Part shown: piece by piece, positions 39,421-48,749 of the stretch | How positions within the stretch are numbered: the first letter of the stretch is position 1 | Layout of the letters: every line of letters begins with the position of its first letter | NCBI GenBank assembly: GCA_037446695.1 | Contig: JBBIHY010000001.1 | Location: 323,026-387,025 of the forward strand | Direction: 5' to 3' | From: Bacteroidota bacterium | GTDB lineage: Bacteria; Bacteroidota; Bacteroidia; Bacteroidales; PUMT01 | Length of the DNA stretch: 64,000 nucleotides | The notes under the pieces: generated by a model | Told to the model about the DNA's origin: nothing | The model's database searches: none | The model's input: the letters and a program-made list of their open reading frames with translations, nothing else | Made by a program: the position numbers and the translations under genes

Positions 39421-40773
39421 ATGAAAATCAGGCCACTTAGGAAATTTTCCATCGGGTACCAGGTTTTACGGTACTATGTAAATTTCTGGTATAAGATTTT
39501 CTACCGGAAGTTACACATTACCGGATTAGAAAATATTCCTGCCAACGGGCCTTTGATTTTTACACCAAACCATCAAAATGCACTCATGGATGCCATGGCC
39601 ATTGTTTGTACAATCAAACAACAGCCTGTCTTTCTGGCACGATCTGATATTTTCAGGAAGAAGTTGCAGGCTGTGGTCCTGCGATTTCTCAGGATTTTGC
39701 CTGTTTACCGCATGCGTGATGGTTACGGAACATTAAAAGAGAATGATGAGGTATTCGACCGCGTAATTGAGGTGCTCAGAAATGGTGGAGTCATTGGAAT
39801 AATGCCCGAAGGCAGCCACGGTGATTTAAAGATGCTCAGACAACTGAAGAAAGGAGTATTGAGAATTGCCTTTCAGGCAGAAGAGAGTTCGGGATTTAAA
39901 CTTGGACTGAAAATTGTTCCGGTTGGTATCGAATTTGATGATTACAAATCATTCCGTTCCAACCTGGTTATCAATTTTGGTAAACCTATTGATTTTAGCC
40001 ATCTTTTTAATGAATACAAAGAGAATCAGCAGGTAACTATCAATAAGGCCAGGGATTACCTGTCGGGTCAAATGAGGCTATACATGATAGATGTGAGGAA
40101 TGAAGAAAATCACCAGATGTTTCTTGATTTGTGGAACCTGGCTAATTGTAAACTCCAGGAACTTTTCAGTTCGGTGAAAGGGAAACTTTTTAGGCACTAC
40201 AATGCTGGTAAAATCCTGAGTGAGACCATAAATGCACAACACATTTCAACCCCCGGATTTTTACAGAAACTGGAAGAGAAGCTATCCATTCTCAGGGGAA
40301 AATTAAAAGTTGCAGGATTCAGGATTCAGGATATTGCATGCAAACCGGTTAACAGGTTTTCACTTGTTGCGGGCATGTTTGGATTGGTTCTTCTTTCTCC
40401 AATTTGGGTGTTCGGGCTGATTAATAATTTTATCCCCTGGTGGCTGATCCGTTCCAGGGTAAAAAGAATTGAAGATAAACAATTCATCAGCTCCTTTAAG
40501 TTTGTGCTCCCCCTTGTAATTTTCCCGGTGTATTACCTTATTCTGTTTTTGATTTTCGGGCTGTTTGCCGGATTTGTACCTGCATTTTTTTACCTCTTAA
40601 GCCTGCCTGTTGGTGGGCTAATTGCCTGGGGATACCTGAAAGGGTGGAAAAGATTATTGAAAGCATATACCTATAACAGGGAATACAACAAGGGCAGCCT
40701 GAAGGAGATACTCCGGTTAAAAGAAGATATCCTTACTGAATTAGCGGGCCTTTTGCCTGCTTTAAAGTTCTGA
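39421..40773 (+). CDS. lysophospholipid/glycerol-phosphate acyltransferase (PlsC family) with C-terminal membrane domain
   Basis: 450 aa with the HX4D block FTPNHQNALMD and the PEGSHG block. The C-terminal ~130 aa contain 3-4 TM helices. Confidence 0.75.
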   Translation: MKIRPLRKFSIGYQVLRYYVNFWYKIFYRKLHITGLENIPANGPLIFTPNHQNALMDAMAIVCTIKQQPVFLARSDIFRKKLQAVVLRFLRILPVYRMRDGYGTLKENDEVFDRVIEVLRNGGVIGIMPEGSHGDLKMLRQLKKGVLRIAFQAEESSGFKLGLKIVPVGIEFDDYKSFRSNLVINFGKPIDFSHLFNEYKENQQVTINKARDYLSGQMRLYMIDVRNEENHQMFLDLWNLANCKLQELFSSVKGKLFRHYNAGKILSETINAQHISTPGFLQKLEEKLSILRGKLKVAGFRIQDIACKPVNRFSLVAGMFGLVLLSPIWVFGLINNFIPWWLIRSRVKRIEDKQFISSFKFVLPLVIFPVYYLILFLIFGLFAGFVPAFFYLLSLPVGGLIAWGYLKGWKRLLKAYTYNREYNKGSLKEILRLKEDILTELAGLLPALKF

Positions 40774-40777
40774 AAAG

Positions 40778-42947
40778 CTACTTTCTAACAGTTTTTCCGC
40801 TTAAAATTGGGTTGAAGTACATGTCAAATGTGCCACCGGTTGTTATATGGCCGGCTGCACGATGGCTTTCTGTTTCAATAATGATTACAATTCCAAGGTC
40901 ATCCACAGGCTCACCATATTCATTCACCCTTACAAGGCCTGTTGGGGTAATCCCAACACCTTCCTCATTAAACGGACGACTGTAAATGATCTCACCGGGT
41001 GGAATGATTTCGCCGAATTCGTCTAAAATTGTACCATCGCTTCTGAAGGCAAAAGGAACATTGTCTTTTTCGGTACCAAATACATCCTTGCCAAGGTTAA
41101 AGCTCTGGTCCAGAACAATCATCCTGTACATTCTAATATTGTTGAGCATGGTTTCCCGTGTGGGATAGAAAAGGTTTCCTTTAATGAAGAAGTTATTGAT
41201 TTTTTCGTCATAGTAAAGGTATTCCCTGGCACCGCTGTAATGCCGCATAATTTTCTGTCTTTCCTCCATGATTTTCTTTCTCTTCTCCCTGTTTGTGAAT
41301 TTGAGCACTTCATCATCAAATATTTCCTGAAAGTTGTAATTCAGGTTGAGCTGATTAAACAGGTCATTCTGAATGGTATAATTGGTGAGTTCCGCCCTTA
41401 TTTCTGCAGGCATCACACCAAATAAATCAGCACCCACAACTGTATAATAGAAATATCCCAGCTCACCCATGCCAGCATTTTCATGCAAATAATCATTCAT
41501 GCGGGTTTTATCCGGTGAGGCTGCATTGTAATTTCCGTAATCCATCTCTCTCCATCCCTGACTGCCGGGAAATTTTCTCTGGAAAGACCACACTGCATCC
41601 ACAGTGTTGCCTACTTTGCCGTGGCAACCAATACATTGTGCAAGTTCCTCCGTTGTTTGGGGACGAAGGTTGCCAAACCTGTCTTCAATAAATGCAGAAA
41701 GAATCCATCCTGCACCATTATCAACCCAACCCTGACCTTCCCGCCCAATGATGAGTTCAAATTCTTCATCATTTTCCTCCTCTTCAAGTATGGCTATGTC
41801 AGCAAGGTTTACATCTTTCCATTTATACATATAGCGGATTTCCTTCACCCTTTTGGAACGGGTTCCGGGAAATAAATAATCCTTTCGATCAATTGCAGCT
41901 ACCCTATTTTGGCTAATTCCCATCTCCCCGTCGGCATTCAGGTCAACATAGTGCAAAGGGTGTGCAAATTCAGTTCCAAGCGGGTAAAATCCCTTTTTGA
42001 TTTTCTGCTTAGAGGCATCGCCCACATAATTCCTTCTTCCTGGTGATGGTTTTTGATATTTCTTTCAAGCAAATCAAGATTCTCTTTATAAACCTCAATG
42101 GAAAATTTTCCTTTTCTGGTCATAAATTTTTCGGGTAGTCTTATATAGATACCACTTACACTTCCTGTGAGTGGAGTAAAAATGGAATAAGGGAAAAAAT
42201 TTATGGCACGCCAGCCTGTGTATTTATCGGCTTCATTTTTGACGAACCCTTCCCTGTTCACGTAGCCATGAGTATTGTCGCTGGTTGGGTTATCATCGCT
42301 AAAAGGAAACAGATGGTTTGGATTCAGTGCCGGGAAAAGTGCAAAAGCTGATTCGGGGTCTGAAGTATTTATCCAGGCTGTATTTCCATTGCTGCGCGCC
42401 CTGAGTCAGGCCGGAGTCCAGTTATCTTCCCTTACATGATTGTAATCCCCTGCTTCAGGCAGAGGTATCCCTTCGGATGTTAATCTTTCAATTATTTCAT
42501 GGGGATAAATAATATTCCTCCAGAGAATCCTGTTGAGATTTGCCGAATGAAAGCTGTACAGGATTTGGTCTTCGGCTATAGGATAGGCATTTCCGTGATT
42601 TATGGACGCAAGGTAATCGGTATGACAGTATTTGCAGGCATTCTGTGTTCCATAGCCTGTTTTTTCAATCCAGCATTGGGGAGAAATTCCCGGATCCTCG
42701 TTCCAGGAAGGTTTATAATTTGCTCCTGTTAGTCTATGAAAATCTGGGGGAGCAATCCCCCTCAGAAAATCCTCTGAGGAAATTTCCTGTGGGCGAAGAC
42801 CCTTCGCTGATAATTGCTGAAACGGATCTCCTGATTGTTCGCTTCTTCTGTTACACAGTGGGAATGATAAAAAGGCAGCAGGAAACCTGCCATTACTGGT
42901 AAGAATGGAGGCTTTTTCATGACAGGGAATGTATTGGTGTATTTCAA
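40778..42947 (-). pseudogene. disrupted gene for a large CxxCH-motif (putative c-type haem-binding) secreted protein
   Basis: Three ORF-track pieces (42406-43029, 41938-42261, 40778-42025) belong to one coding region. Pieces 1 and 2 share a frame and are separated only by a TGA at 42406-42408. Pieces 2 and 3 overlap in frames offset by 1 nt, so a frameshift lies somewhere in 41941-42064. Motifs CKYCH and CIGCH are present. A signal-like MKKPPFLPVMAGFLL start at 42947 is in yet another frame. Confidence 0.55.
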
Positions 42948-43032
42948 ATATAGGAAAAACAGCCTTTCCTGTCAATGCAAGCGGTAATTTATAAAGAGTC
43001 TTATTCAAGTGCCCAAAAAGCACCGCCAAAAA

Positions 43033-44256
43033 TTATTTGCCCGCAAGTTTTTCCACCTGCCTAAAAACCCGCATAAAATTACCTCCCCAGATTTTTTCTA
43101 TTTCTTTTTTGCTGTAACCCCTCCGGATAAGTTCAAGGGTAATATTGCCAATTTCGGTTACATCAAAACAGTCAGTCAGCGCACCACCGCCGTCAAAATC
43201 TGTTCCAATTCCCACATGATGGATGCCTGCCACCTTTACAATGTGATCAATATGGTCAACCATTTGCGAGACGGTGGCAAGCTGCATAGGGTATTTTTCG
43301 TCAATGGCATACCATTCTTTTGTTGCATTGGTACTTTCTTCATCAGTCAGGTTCTCGAAATTCCTGTATTTAATCCTCAGTGCATTTTGTGCCGAGTCCC
43401 TGGCAGGATTTGGAACAATAGGAGCCACATAGGAGCTGAGCAGGCTAACCTGTATCACACCACCGTTTTCTGCCAGCGCCATAAGCATTTCATCGCTCAG
43501 GTTACGGGGGTTGTCGCAAATTGCCCTGGCGTTGGAGTGAGAAGCAATTACTGGTGCAGTACTTAAACGAATTACATCAAAGAAAGCTTCGTCCGAAATA
43601 TGCGATACATCTATCATCATGCCCAGCCTGTTCATTTCTTTCACAACCACATGGCCAAACTTTGAAAGCCCGCCATGTTCATATCCCGCAGGGTCAGTGG
43701 AAGAGTCGCATATATCGTTGTTTCGTGTATGGGACAGAGTGATATACCTCGCGCCCAAATCGTAATATGCCTGTAGATAAGATAAATCGGTTCCAATCGG
43801 ATATCCGTTTTCCAGGCCAATGTAAATGGCCCTTTTGCCTTCTTTTTTCAAACGGTAGGCGTCATCAGGGGTTAAGGCGATTTCTGCCATTTCAGAGTAT
43901 TGCGCCACTGTATTCTTAACATTTTCAAAAATGGCCAGAGCCCTGTTTCTGGCGATCTCAAAAGCTTCTTCATTGCGGGGACCCTGCCCCAGGAATACAG
44001 CAAAAAAAGCTGCATCCAGACTGCCCTCTTTCATGCGGGGAAGATCAATCTTACCTCCACCCTGCCTGGCGTCGTTCCGCACCCCTATATCCCAGTTGGT
44101 TCTTCTCAGCCGCAACGGAGTGTCGGTGTGACTGTCAAGAGTTAAAACACTTTCGTGAATTTTTGCGGCTTTCCTTACCTGTCTTTCTTCCTTGTTTCTG
44201 CAGGAACTAAAGCCCGTTAAAAAGCTTAAAACCAGAATTATTATAGAGATTCTCAT
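43033..44256 (-). CDS. membrane dipeptidase (peptidase family M19)
   Basis: 407 aa with a lipoprotein-like signal (FLTGFSSC). Blocks LDSHTDTP, DVSHISD and ASHSNARAICDNPRNLSDE are typical of M19 dipeptidases. Confidence 0.88.
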   Translation of the reverse strand: MRISIIILVLSFLTGFSSCRNKEERQVRKAAKIHESVLTLDSHTDTPLRLRRTNWDIGVRNDARQGGGKIDLPRMKEGSLDAAFFAVFLGQGPRNEEAFEIARNRALAIFENVKNTVAQYSEMAEIALTPDDAYRLKKEGKRAIYIGLENGYPIGTDLSYLQAYYDLGARYITLSHTRNNDICDSSTDPAGYEHGGLSKFGHVVVKEMNRLGMMIDVSHISDEAFFDVIRLSTAPVIASHSNARAICDNPRNLSDEMLMALAENGGVIQVSLLSSYVAPIVPNPARDSAQNALRIKYRNFENLTDEESTNATKEWYAIDEKYPMQLATVSQMVDHIDHIVKVAGIHHVGIGTDFDGGGALTDCFDVTEIGNITLELIRRGYSKKEIEKIWGGNFMRVFRQVEKLAGK

Positions 44257-44451
44257 AGCAGAAAATAAAAATGAATTAGCCGGTGCTAAAAATAGGGATA
44301 AAAATGCTTCTGAAAAGTTAAAAAGTTATAATTCGATTGAGAAGGAGTAAAAACAATGTTACAAAACAACTGTTTATTTAGAACAAGGTTTTATGTAATT
44401 CTGTTTATCAAGTGATTTAAATACCTTAACTTTATTTAAATTTCACGTTAT

Positions 44452-45207
44452 ATGAGTTTAATCTTTGTTCCACGTATTCAGCAGGCTAACGGACAATTTA
44501 ATGACGGTGCCATACTTGAGAAAAAGCCTATAGGCTTTCCGCAGGACGATGGTTTTCTCAGGCCTTATTCCTGCCTTTTTTATTGGGCGCATGCATGGTC
44601 CGATCAGGGCAGCACAATAGGGGAGCACCCTCACAAGGGTTTTGAAATTCTAACTTTTGTAGTAAAAGGCGAAATTGAGCATTACGATAATAAATACAAA
44701 AGCTGGAGGAGATTAACGGCCGGTGATATGCAAATCATCCGTGCCGGGAACGGTATAATCCATTCTGAAAAATTGTTGCCTGATTCTGCAATTTTTCAAA
44801 TCTGGTTTGACCCAAACTTGCAAAAAAGCATGAATATACAGGCATCATACGACGATTATTCCAGTGAACGGTTTCCGATTCATATTGAAAAAGGAAAAAG
44901 TATAAAAATATACAGGGGAGAAAACTCACCTCTGGAAATGGGTACTGAAGCAGTTGAGATCAAGGAGATTTCACTCTCTGAGGATACGCATACCCTGAAA
45001 TTGTCAGATAAATTTATTTTTTCAGCCTATGTTATGGAGGGCAGAATCACTGTGGAAGGACAGGAAATGAGGCAGGACGATTTCTTTATTATAAAAAATC
45101 AAAACGATTTTGATATTCAAGTGATGACCGACTGCCGGCTATTTGTTGTGGAAGTGCCATTAAAACCAGGCTATAAGACTTATGCGGAATTGCACAACCT
45201 GTGGTAG
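44452..45207 (+). CDS. pirin family (cupin) protein
   Basis: 251 aa with HPHKGFEILTFVVKGEIEHYD, the pirin metal-binding block. Confidence 0.8.
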   Translation: MSLIFVPRIQQANGQFNDGAILEKKPIGFPQDDGFLRPYSCLFYWAHAWSDQGSTIGEHPHKGFEILTFVVKGEIEHYDNKYKSWRRLTAGDMQIIRAGNGIIHSEKLLPDSAIFQIWFDPNLQKSMNIQASYDDYSSERFPIHIEKGKSIKIYRGENSPLEMGTEAVEIKEISLSEDTHTLKLSDKFIFSAYVMEGRITVEGQEMRQDDFFIIKNQNDFDIQVMTDCRLFVVEVPLKPGYKTYAELHNLW

Positions 45208-45215
45208 GTTTTTAT

Positions 45216-45288
45216 TGTCATTCTGAGCGAAGCGAAGAATCTAAATCTCTAAAGTTGAGAGAGATACCTCACTTCGTACAGTATGACA
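45216..45288. repeat. REP-like imperfect palindromic element (GTCATTCTGAGCGAAGCGAAGAATC family), probable bidirectional terminator
   Basis: The left arm TGTCATTCTGAGCGAAGCGAAG pairs imperfectly with the right arm CTCACTTCGTACAGTATGACA. An inner hairpin ATCTCT...AGAGAT lies between them. The element sits between convergent pirin and yceI genes, and its translation gives the familiar CHSERSEES...EIPHFV pseudo-peptide. Confidence 0.7.
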
Positions 45289-45301
45289 GAGCTTCATAAA
45301 A

Positions 45302-45982
45302 TTATTTCTCAGCAACCAAACGAATGGTCAATGCCATGTCGTCGTGGATGAAGTTATCCTTCAGGTTGTCAAAAATCTTGTTGGAACCGTAGTTTACACC
45401 CCAGTTGGTGCGGTCAATGAGGAAACGTACGCTCCTGGCTGAAGCAATATTTTCGGTCATTTCAACCTGTGCATCAAAACTGATTACCTTGGTAATACCT
45501 TTCATGGTGAGATTTCCGGTAATGGTGTGAGTGGGAACAACACCTGTTTCAGCCTGGGCAGCAGCATCTCCTTTGGCATCCACGGTAACGATTTCAAACC
45601 CGGCTGTCGGCCATTTTTCTACCTCGAAGAAATCGGCTGATTTGAGGTGCCCCAACAGCCTGCCATTCATTTCGGGATCTTGTATATCGAGAACGACTAT
45701 GGAGGTAAGGTCAATGGTGAATTTACCACCAACAATCTGTCCTTCATATACCTTTAGAACGCCTTCGCTCAGTTTGGTTGTGCCGTTGTGTTGTCCTGTT
45801 GGCTTCGTGCCAATCCATTCCACCACACTTTCATCCAGGTTTACGCTGTAGGCTTCATAGTTTTCAAGTGCGGCAGCAGACAGAGCGTCAGCAGCTTGGG
45901 TTTTGTCACCGGCAGGAGTCTTACATGAAAAGGCAGCAAGGCCTGTTAGTGCAATGAAAGCAAATAATTTCAAATGTTTCAT
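45302..45982 (-). CDS. YceI family lipid/polyisoprenoid-binding protein (lipoprotein)
   Basis: 226 aa with lipoprotein signal LTGLAAFSC. YceI blocks are VEWIGTKPTGQHNGT, FTIDLTSI and TGNLTMKGITK. Confidence 0.85.
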   Translation of the reverse strand: MKHLKLFAFIALTGLAAFSCKTPAGDKTQAADALSAAALENYEAYSVNLDESVVEWIGTKPTGQHNGTTKLSEGVLKVYEGQIVGGKFTIDLTSIVVLDIQDPEMNGRLLGHLKSADFFEVEKWPTAGFEIVTVDAKGDAAAQAETGVVPTHTITGNLTMKGITKVISFDAQVEMTENIASARSVRFLIDRTNWGVNYGSNKIFDNLKDNFIHDDMALTIRLVAEK

Positions 45983-46021
45983 AATTTTTAGTTTTGGTTT
46001 GATTTAATAAGAATTAGTTTA

Positions 46022-46029
46022 CAAAATTA
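46022..46029 (-). promoter_or_regulatory. candidate -7 promoter box (TAATTTTG) for yceI
   Basis: The minus strand reads TAATTTTG, 40 nt upstream of the yceI start. A perfect 9-1-9 palindrome (46037-46055) sits just upstream. Confidence 0.4.
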
Positions 46030-46092
46030 TAAAAATAATTAGAATAATTCTAATTAATGATGTAAAACAGTTAAAGAATGTTAAGGTTCAAA

Positions 46093-46128
46093 AAAGGCCT
46101 GAAAATTTTTTCAGGCCTTTTTGCAAAA
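46093..46128 (-). repeat. 36-bp direct repeat copy 1, a terminator hairpin (left boundary of the AT-rich islet)
   Basis: AAAGGCCTGAAAATTTTTTCAGGCCTTTTTGCAAAA. A GGCCTGA/TCAGGCC stem is flanked by A/T runs, so it can act as a bidirectional terminator after the 46166-46702 gene. It matches 48937-48972 at 35 of 36 positions. Confidence 0.8.
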
Positions 46129-46165
46129 CTCATTCGTGACTTAAATTGCTTGCTGAATGGATTAG

Positions 46166-46702
46166 TTACTTCTTCAGTTTGTATTTCATTTTTAAAGCAA
46201 AACCAAAAATGAATGAAATATCATTTGAATTGTAGTTAAATAATACCTCAGGTTCGATGTTAATATGATTGGCAATAATAAAATCTTTACTCACCTTAGC
46301 ATTAATCCCAACCAATATTGGATAAAAGTTTTTAAGATCAGAGTCATCAAATTGATCTGAAAAAGTATTTATACTCGTCAAAACATCCACATTTAAGCCG
46401 ATTGCGAAATTCAATTGCTTTGAGAAAAACTTAAGATTAAATGGGATACTGCTGTAGCTTAAGTTTAAATATAGGTCGTCCAACACATACTTTTTCTGAA
46501 AATATCCGGTTTCAAAACCCACATTTTTCTGTCCTCGAGATTCATAACTAATTCCGGTGCCAGACATTGAATTAATGTCTGTAAGTAAATTCAGTGAGCC
46601 ACTTATTCCAAGCCATGTTTGTGTTTGGGCAGTTATGTCGGCTATGCTTAGAATTTTCAAGACAAACAAAATGATGATTGTTGATTTTAATTTACTGTTC
46701 AT
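46166..46702 (-). CDS. small outer-membrane beta-barrel protein (islet gene)
   Basis: 178 aa with signal peptide ...ILSIADITAQ, alternating hydrophobic beta-strand pattern and a terminal ...FALKMKYKLKK. The DNA is about 28% GC. I have no confident family assignment. Confidence 0.5.
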   Translation of the reverse strand: MNSKLKSTIIILFVLKILSIADITAQTQTWLGISGSLNLLTDINSMSGTGISYESRGQKNVGFETGYFQKKYVLDDLYLNLSYSSIPFNLKFFSKQLNFAIGLNVDVLTSINTFSDQFDDSDLKNFYPILVGINAKVSKDFIIANHINIEPEVLFNYNSNDISFIFGFALKMKYKLKK

Positions 46703-46731
46703 TGGTTATTTTTTTGAGTATGTTTTATATG

Positions 46732-48474
46732 TTACCAATCAATTTCGCTTATCAGAATCCGAAATCCGTAATTTGGAAATACCAGCCAGGTTCCAGGTAC
46801 AGGAAAGTCACTTCCTTTATCAGGATTATCAAAATAACTATGATATGATGTGCCGCATTGTTGGCCTTTATTATCAAATTTAACTTTGTAAGTAGCACCT
46901 CCTTTTATTGTAAAGCTAGTCTTCTCAAGATTCTTTTGATTATAACCCACCGAAATATTTAGTTCCAACTCTTGTGAAGGCTTGTTATATTCAATTGCAG
47001 TAAATGTAAGCATATCATACCAGAATCCTGGTTTCCAGTCCAGAACTTTAACATTCTTAAAAAACCATAAATTTGTTCTTAACCCAAAACGTAAATCAAT
47101 CTGTTACTGAACTGTAAATGGATTTTTATTTCCATGATCCACATTTGTTACTTTAACAAAAAATTCTGGTTTCCCATATAACCAGCTTTCAATTCTCGGA
47201 TCTGTAAAATGAATTGCTTTTATATACACTCCAGAATTCTCAGAGATGTCGCGATATGGAACCTGAACGAAGTCATATTTAGGATTCGACTCTCCCAAGG
47301 ATGTACCATGATTTATTTTGTAGGTAACTTTTTTACCCAGAATAACATCCCTGTCAAAGAAATGATGTTGATTTGCATTAAAACTTCCAATCTGAACATA
47401 ATTATTAGTAACTCCGGAAATATGTTTATAGAGTTTTGTTTCCTGAATAAACTGTGAATGGTCATTTTGCCATCTTAGTTCGATTTCATTTTTTGTATTT
47501 TGAATTGCTTCAAAAGAAATCACTGGTTTTGGAAAATTTGGAGCGGTTATGTTGATAATATTTGATGGTTGAGATGTTTCTCCCTGGTTATAGGCTATTA
47601 CAAAGTAGGAATACGAACTGCTTGCAATGACTCTATTGTCATCATAACTACGGTTAAAAGCGCCCATTACTGTACTAATTTTTATAAAGGTTACATCGTT
47701 AACTCCTTTTCTGTAAATATAGTATCCTGTTGTACTTTGGCTTCCTGAAGTTACCGGCATTTGCCAGGTTAACCTAATCCCTGATTCGGTAGTAATACCG
47801 GTCAGGTTTGTTGGATTATCTGGCAATATAGGATCTTTGGTTTCATCTTCTCTGGGTAATCTCTCATTTTCGCTGATTACAACCACTGGTTCAGATGGTT
47901 CGTTAATTACATCAAGATAAACTATCCCTCCATTACTATCATAACCTGTAACTTCCGGTGTTAGGTTTACGTCAAATTCATATGGAACAAATGTTACGAC
48001 CGGAATATAGTTTTCATCCCAGTCTTAAGCGAGAACTGGCACTGCTATCTGGAGATTTGGATACTTAATAGATAGCTCATCAATGTAGGAGATGGTTGAT
48101 TTTAAACCAGTACTTGCAACATTTGCGCAAAGGGATTCTTCCAAAAGGTTTTTAATTAAAAACTTTTTATTAGTGGACTTTAAAGAAGCTGATTTCTCCT
48201 CCAATTCAATTTCTTTTATCTTTGATAGGAGGACATTGTAATCACCATCGAATTGAAGCAAGACTTCTTGTTTAATTACTTGTCTGAACTCCAGGTTTGA
48301 TTTCATGGCATTACTTACAGCTAAAGCAAGGTTTTTGAAATCCTGGTTGTATTTATTTTGTTCAAATAATCCCAGATGGAGAGGTTTAGAGTCATCCTTT
48401 TTACATCATAATATAAGGAGTGTAAAAAAACTTAGCATTAAAAACACCCTTAAAAACTTTATGTTTCTTTTCAT
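46732..48474 (-). pseudogene. FN3-domain surface lipoprotein gene interrupted by three in-frame stop codons (TGA 48406-48408, TAA 48025-48027, TAA 47104-47106)
   Basis: ORF-track pieces 48025-48306, 47104-47886 and 46732-47013, plus the untracked start MKRNIKFLRVFLMLSFFTLLIL-TGA-CKKDD at 48474, are all in one frame (end coordinates are all 0 mod 3). The spacers between pieces have no additional stops even though the DNA is AT-rich. FN3-like blocks include PTNLTGITTESGIRLTWQ...GYYIYRK and ISFEAIQNTKNEIELRWQ. Confidence 0.6.
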
Positions 48475-48548
48475 AGCAGTAGAGGTTAGTTAGTATTGAG
48501 TTTCATCATGCAAGTTATTTATATATGAGCTCAAAATTTGAGCTTCAC

Positions 48549-48749
48549 TCAATTATCTAAATAAAAGAATCTGTTTTTCTTGCAATATTTAACTTCATAA
48601 CCCTTTATCCTAAGATTTTCAATCATTCTTTTAACTGTACTGATAGAACAACTGTATTTGTCTGCTGCCTGAGAAAGACTATTCAATTGTTGGGTTTTTA
48701 TCATCCATTGCAAATGCTCCAACTTCTCTGAATATTCATGATATTTCAT
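48549..48749 (-). CDS. small winged-HTH (HTH_11/YafY-N-terminal-like) DNA-binding protein (islet gene)
   Basis: 66 aa from the ATG at 48749 (the ORF-track start at 48755 is TTG). LNSLSQAADKYSCSISTVKRMIENLRIKGYEVKY fits a helix-turn-helix plus wing pattern. A perfect palindrome lies 25-50 nt upstream. Confidence 0.45.
   Translation of the reverse strand: MKYHEYSEKLEHLQWMIKTQQLNSLSQAADKYSCSISTVKRMIENLRIKGYEVKYCKKNRFFYLDN

Noticed and set aside
42406-42408. Selenocysteine codon (UGA plus SECIS) in the CxxCH protein
   Set aside because: The sequence downstream of the UGA offers only a 5-bp stem with a ~21-nt loop, not a convincing bacterial SECIS. The residue context (…NWTPA-U-LRAR…) is not a redox CxxU/UxxC motif. 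The same gene also has frameshift lesions, and no sel genes are in the window. This cannot be fully excluded without a genome-wide check.
42400-42410. Palindrome CCTGAGTCAGG centred on the in-frame TGA
   Set aside because: The arms are only 5 bp, which is expected by chance, and as RNA it could not form a hairpin because the loop would be 1 nt.
42948-43029. TTG start at 43029 proposed by the ORF track for the first CxxCH fragment
   Set aside because: It would begin 3 nt after the dipeptidase stop and encodes a non-signal-like peptide about 60 aa ahead of any export signal. It is more likely non-coding spacer that happens to be open in that frame.
46732-48474. Alternative genetic code (TGA or TAA reassigned) as the explanation for the in-frame stops in the islet lipoprotein and the CxxCH gene
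   Set aside because: TGA and TAA clearly act as terminators for many well-conserved genes in the same window. For example, the pdxJ TGA forms an ATGA overlap with the next gene, and the kinase/regulator pair has the same overlap. The interrupted frame itself ends in TAA, and no known bacterial or phage code reassigns TAA. Local readthrough remains only a minor possibility.
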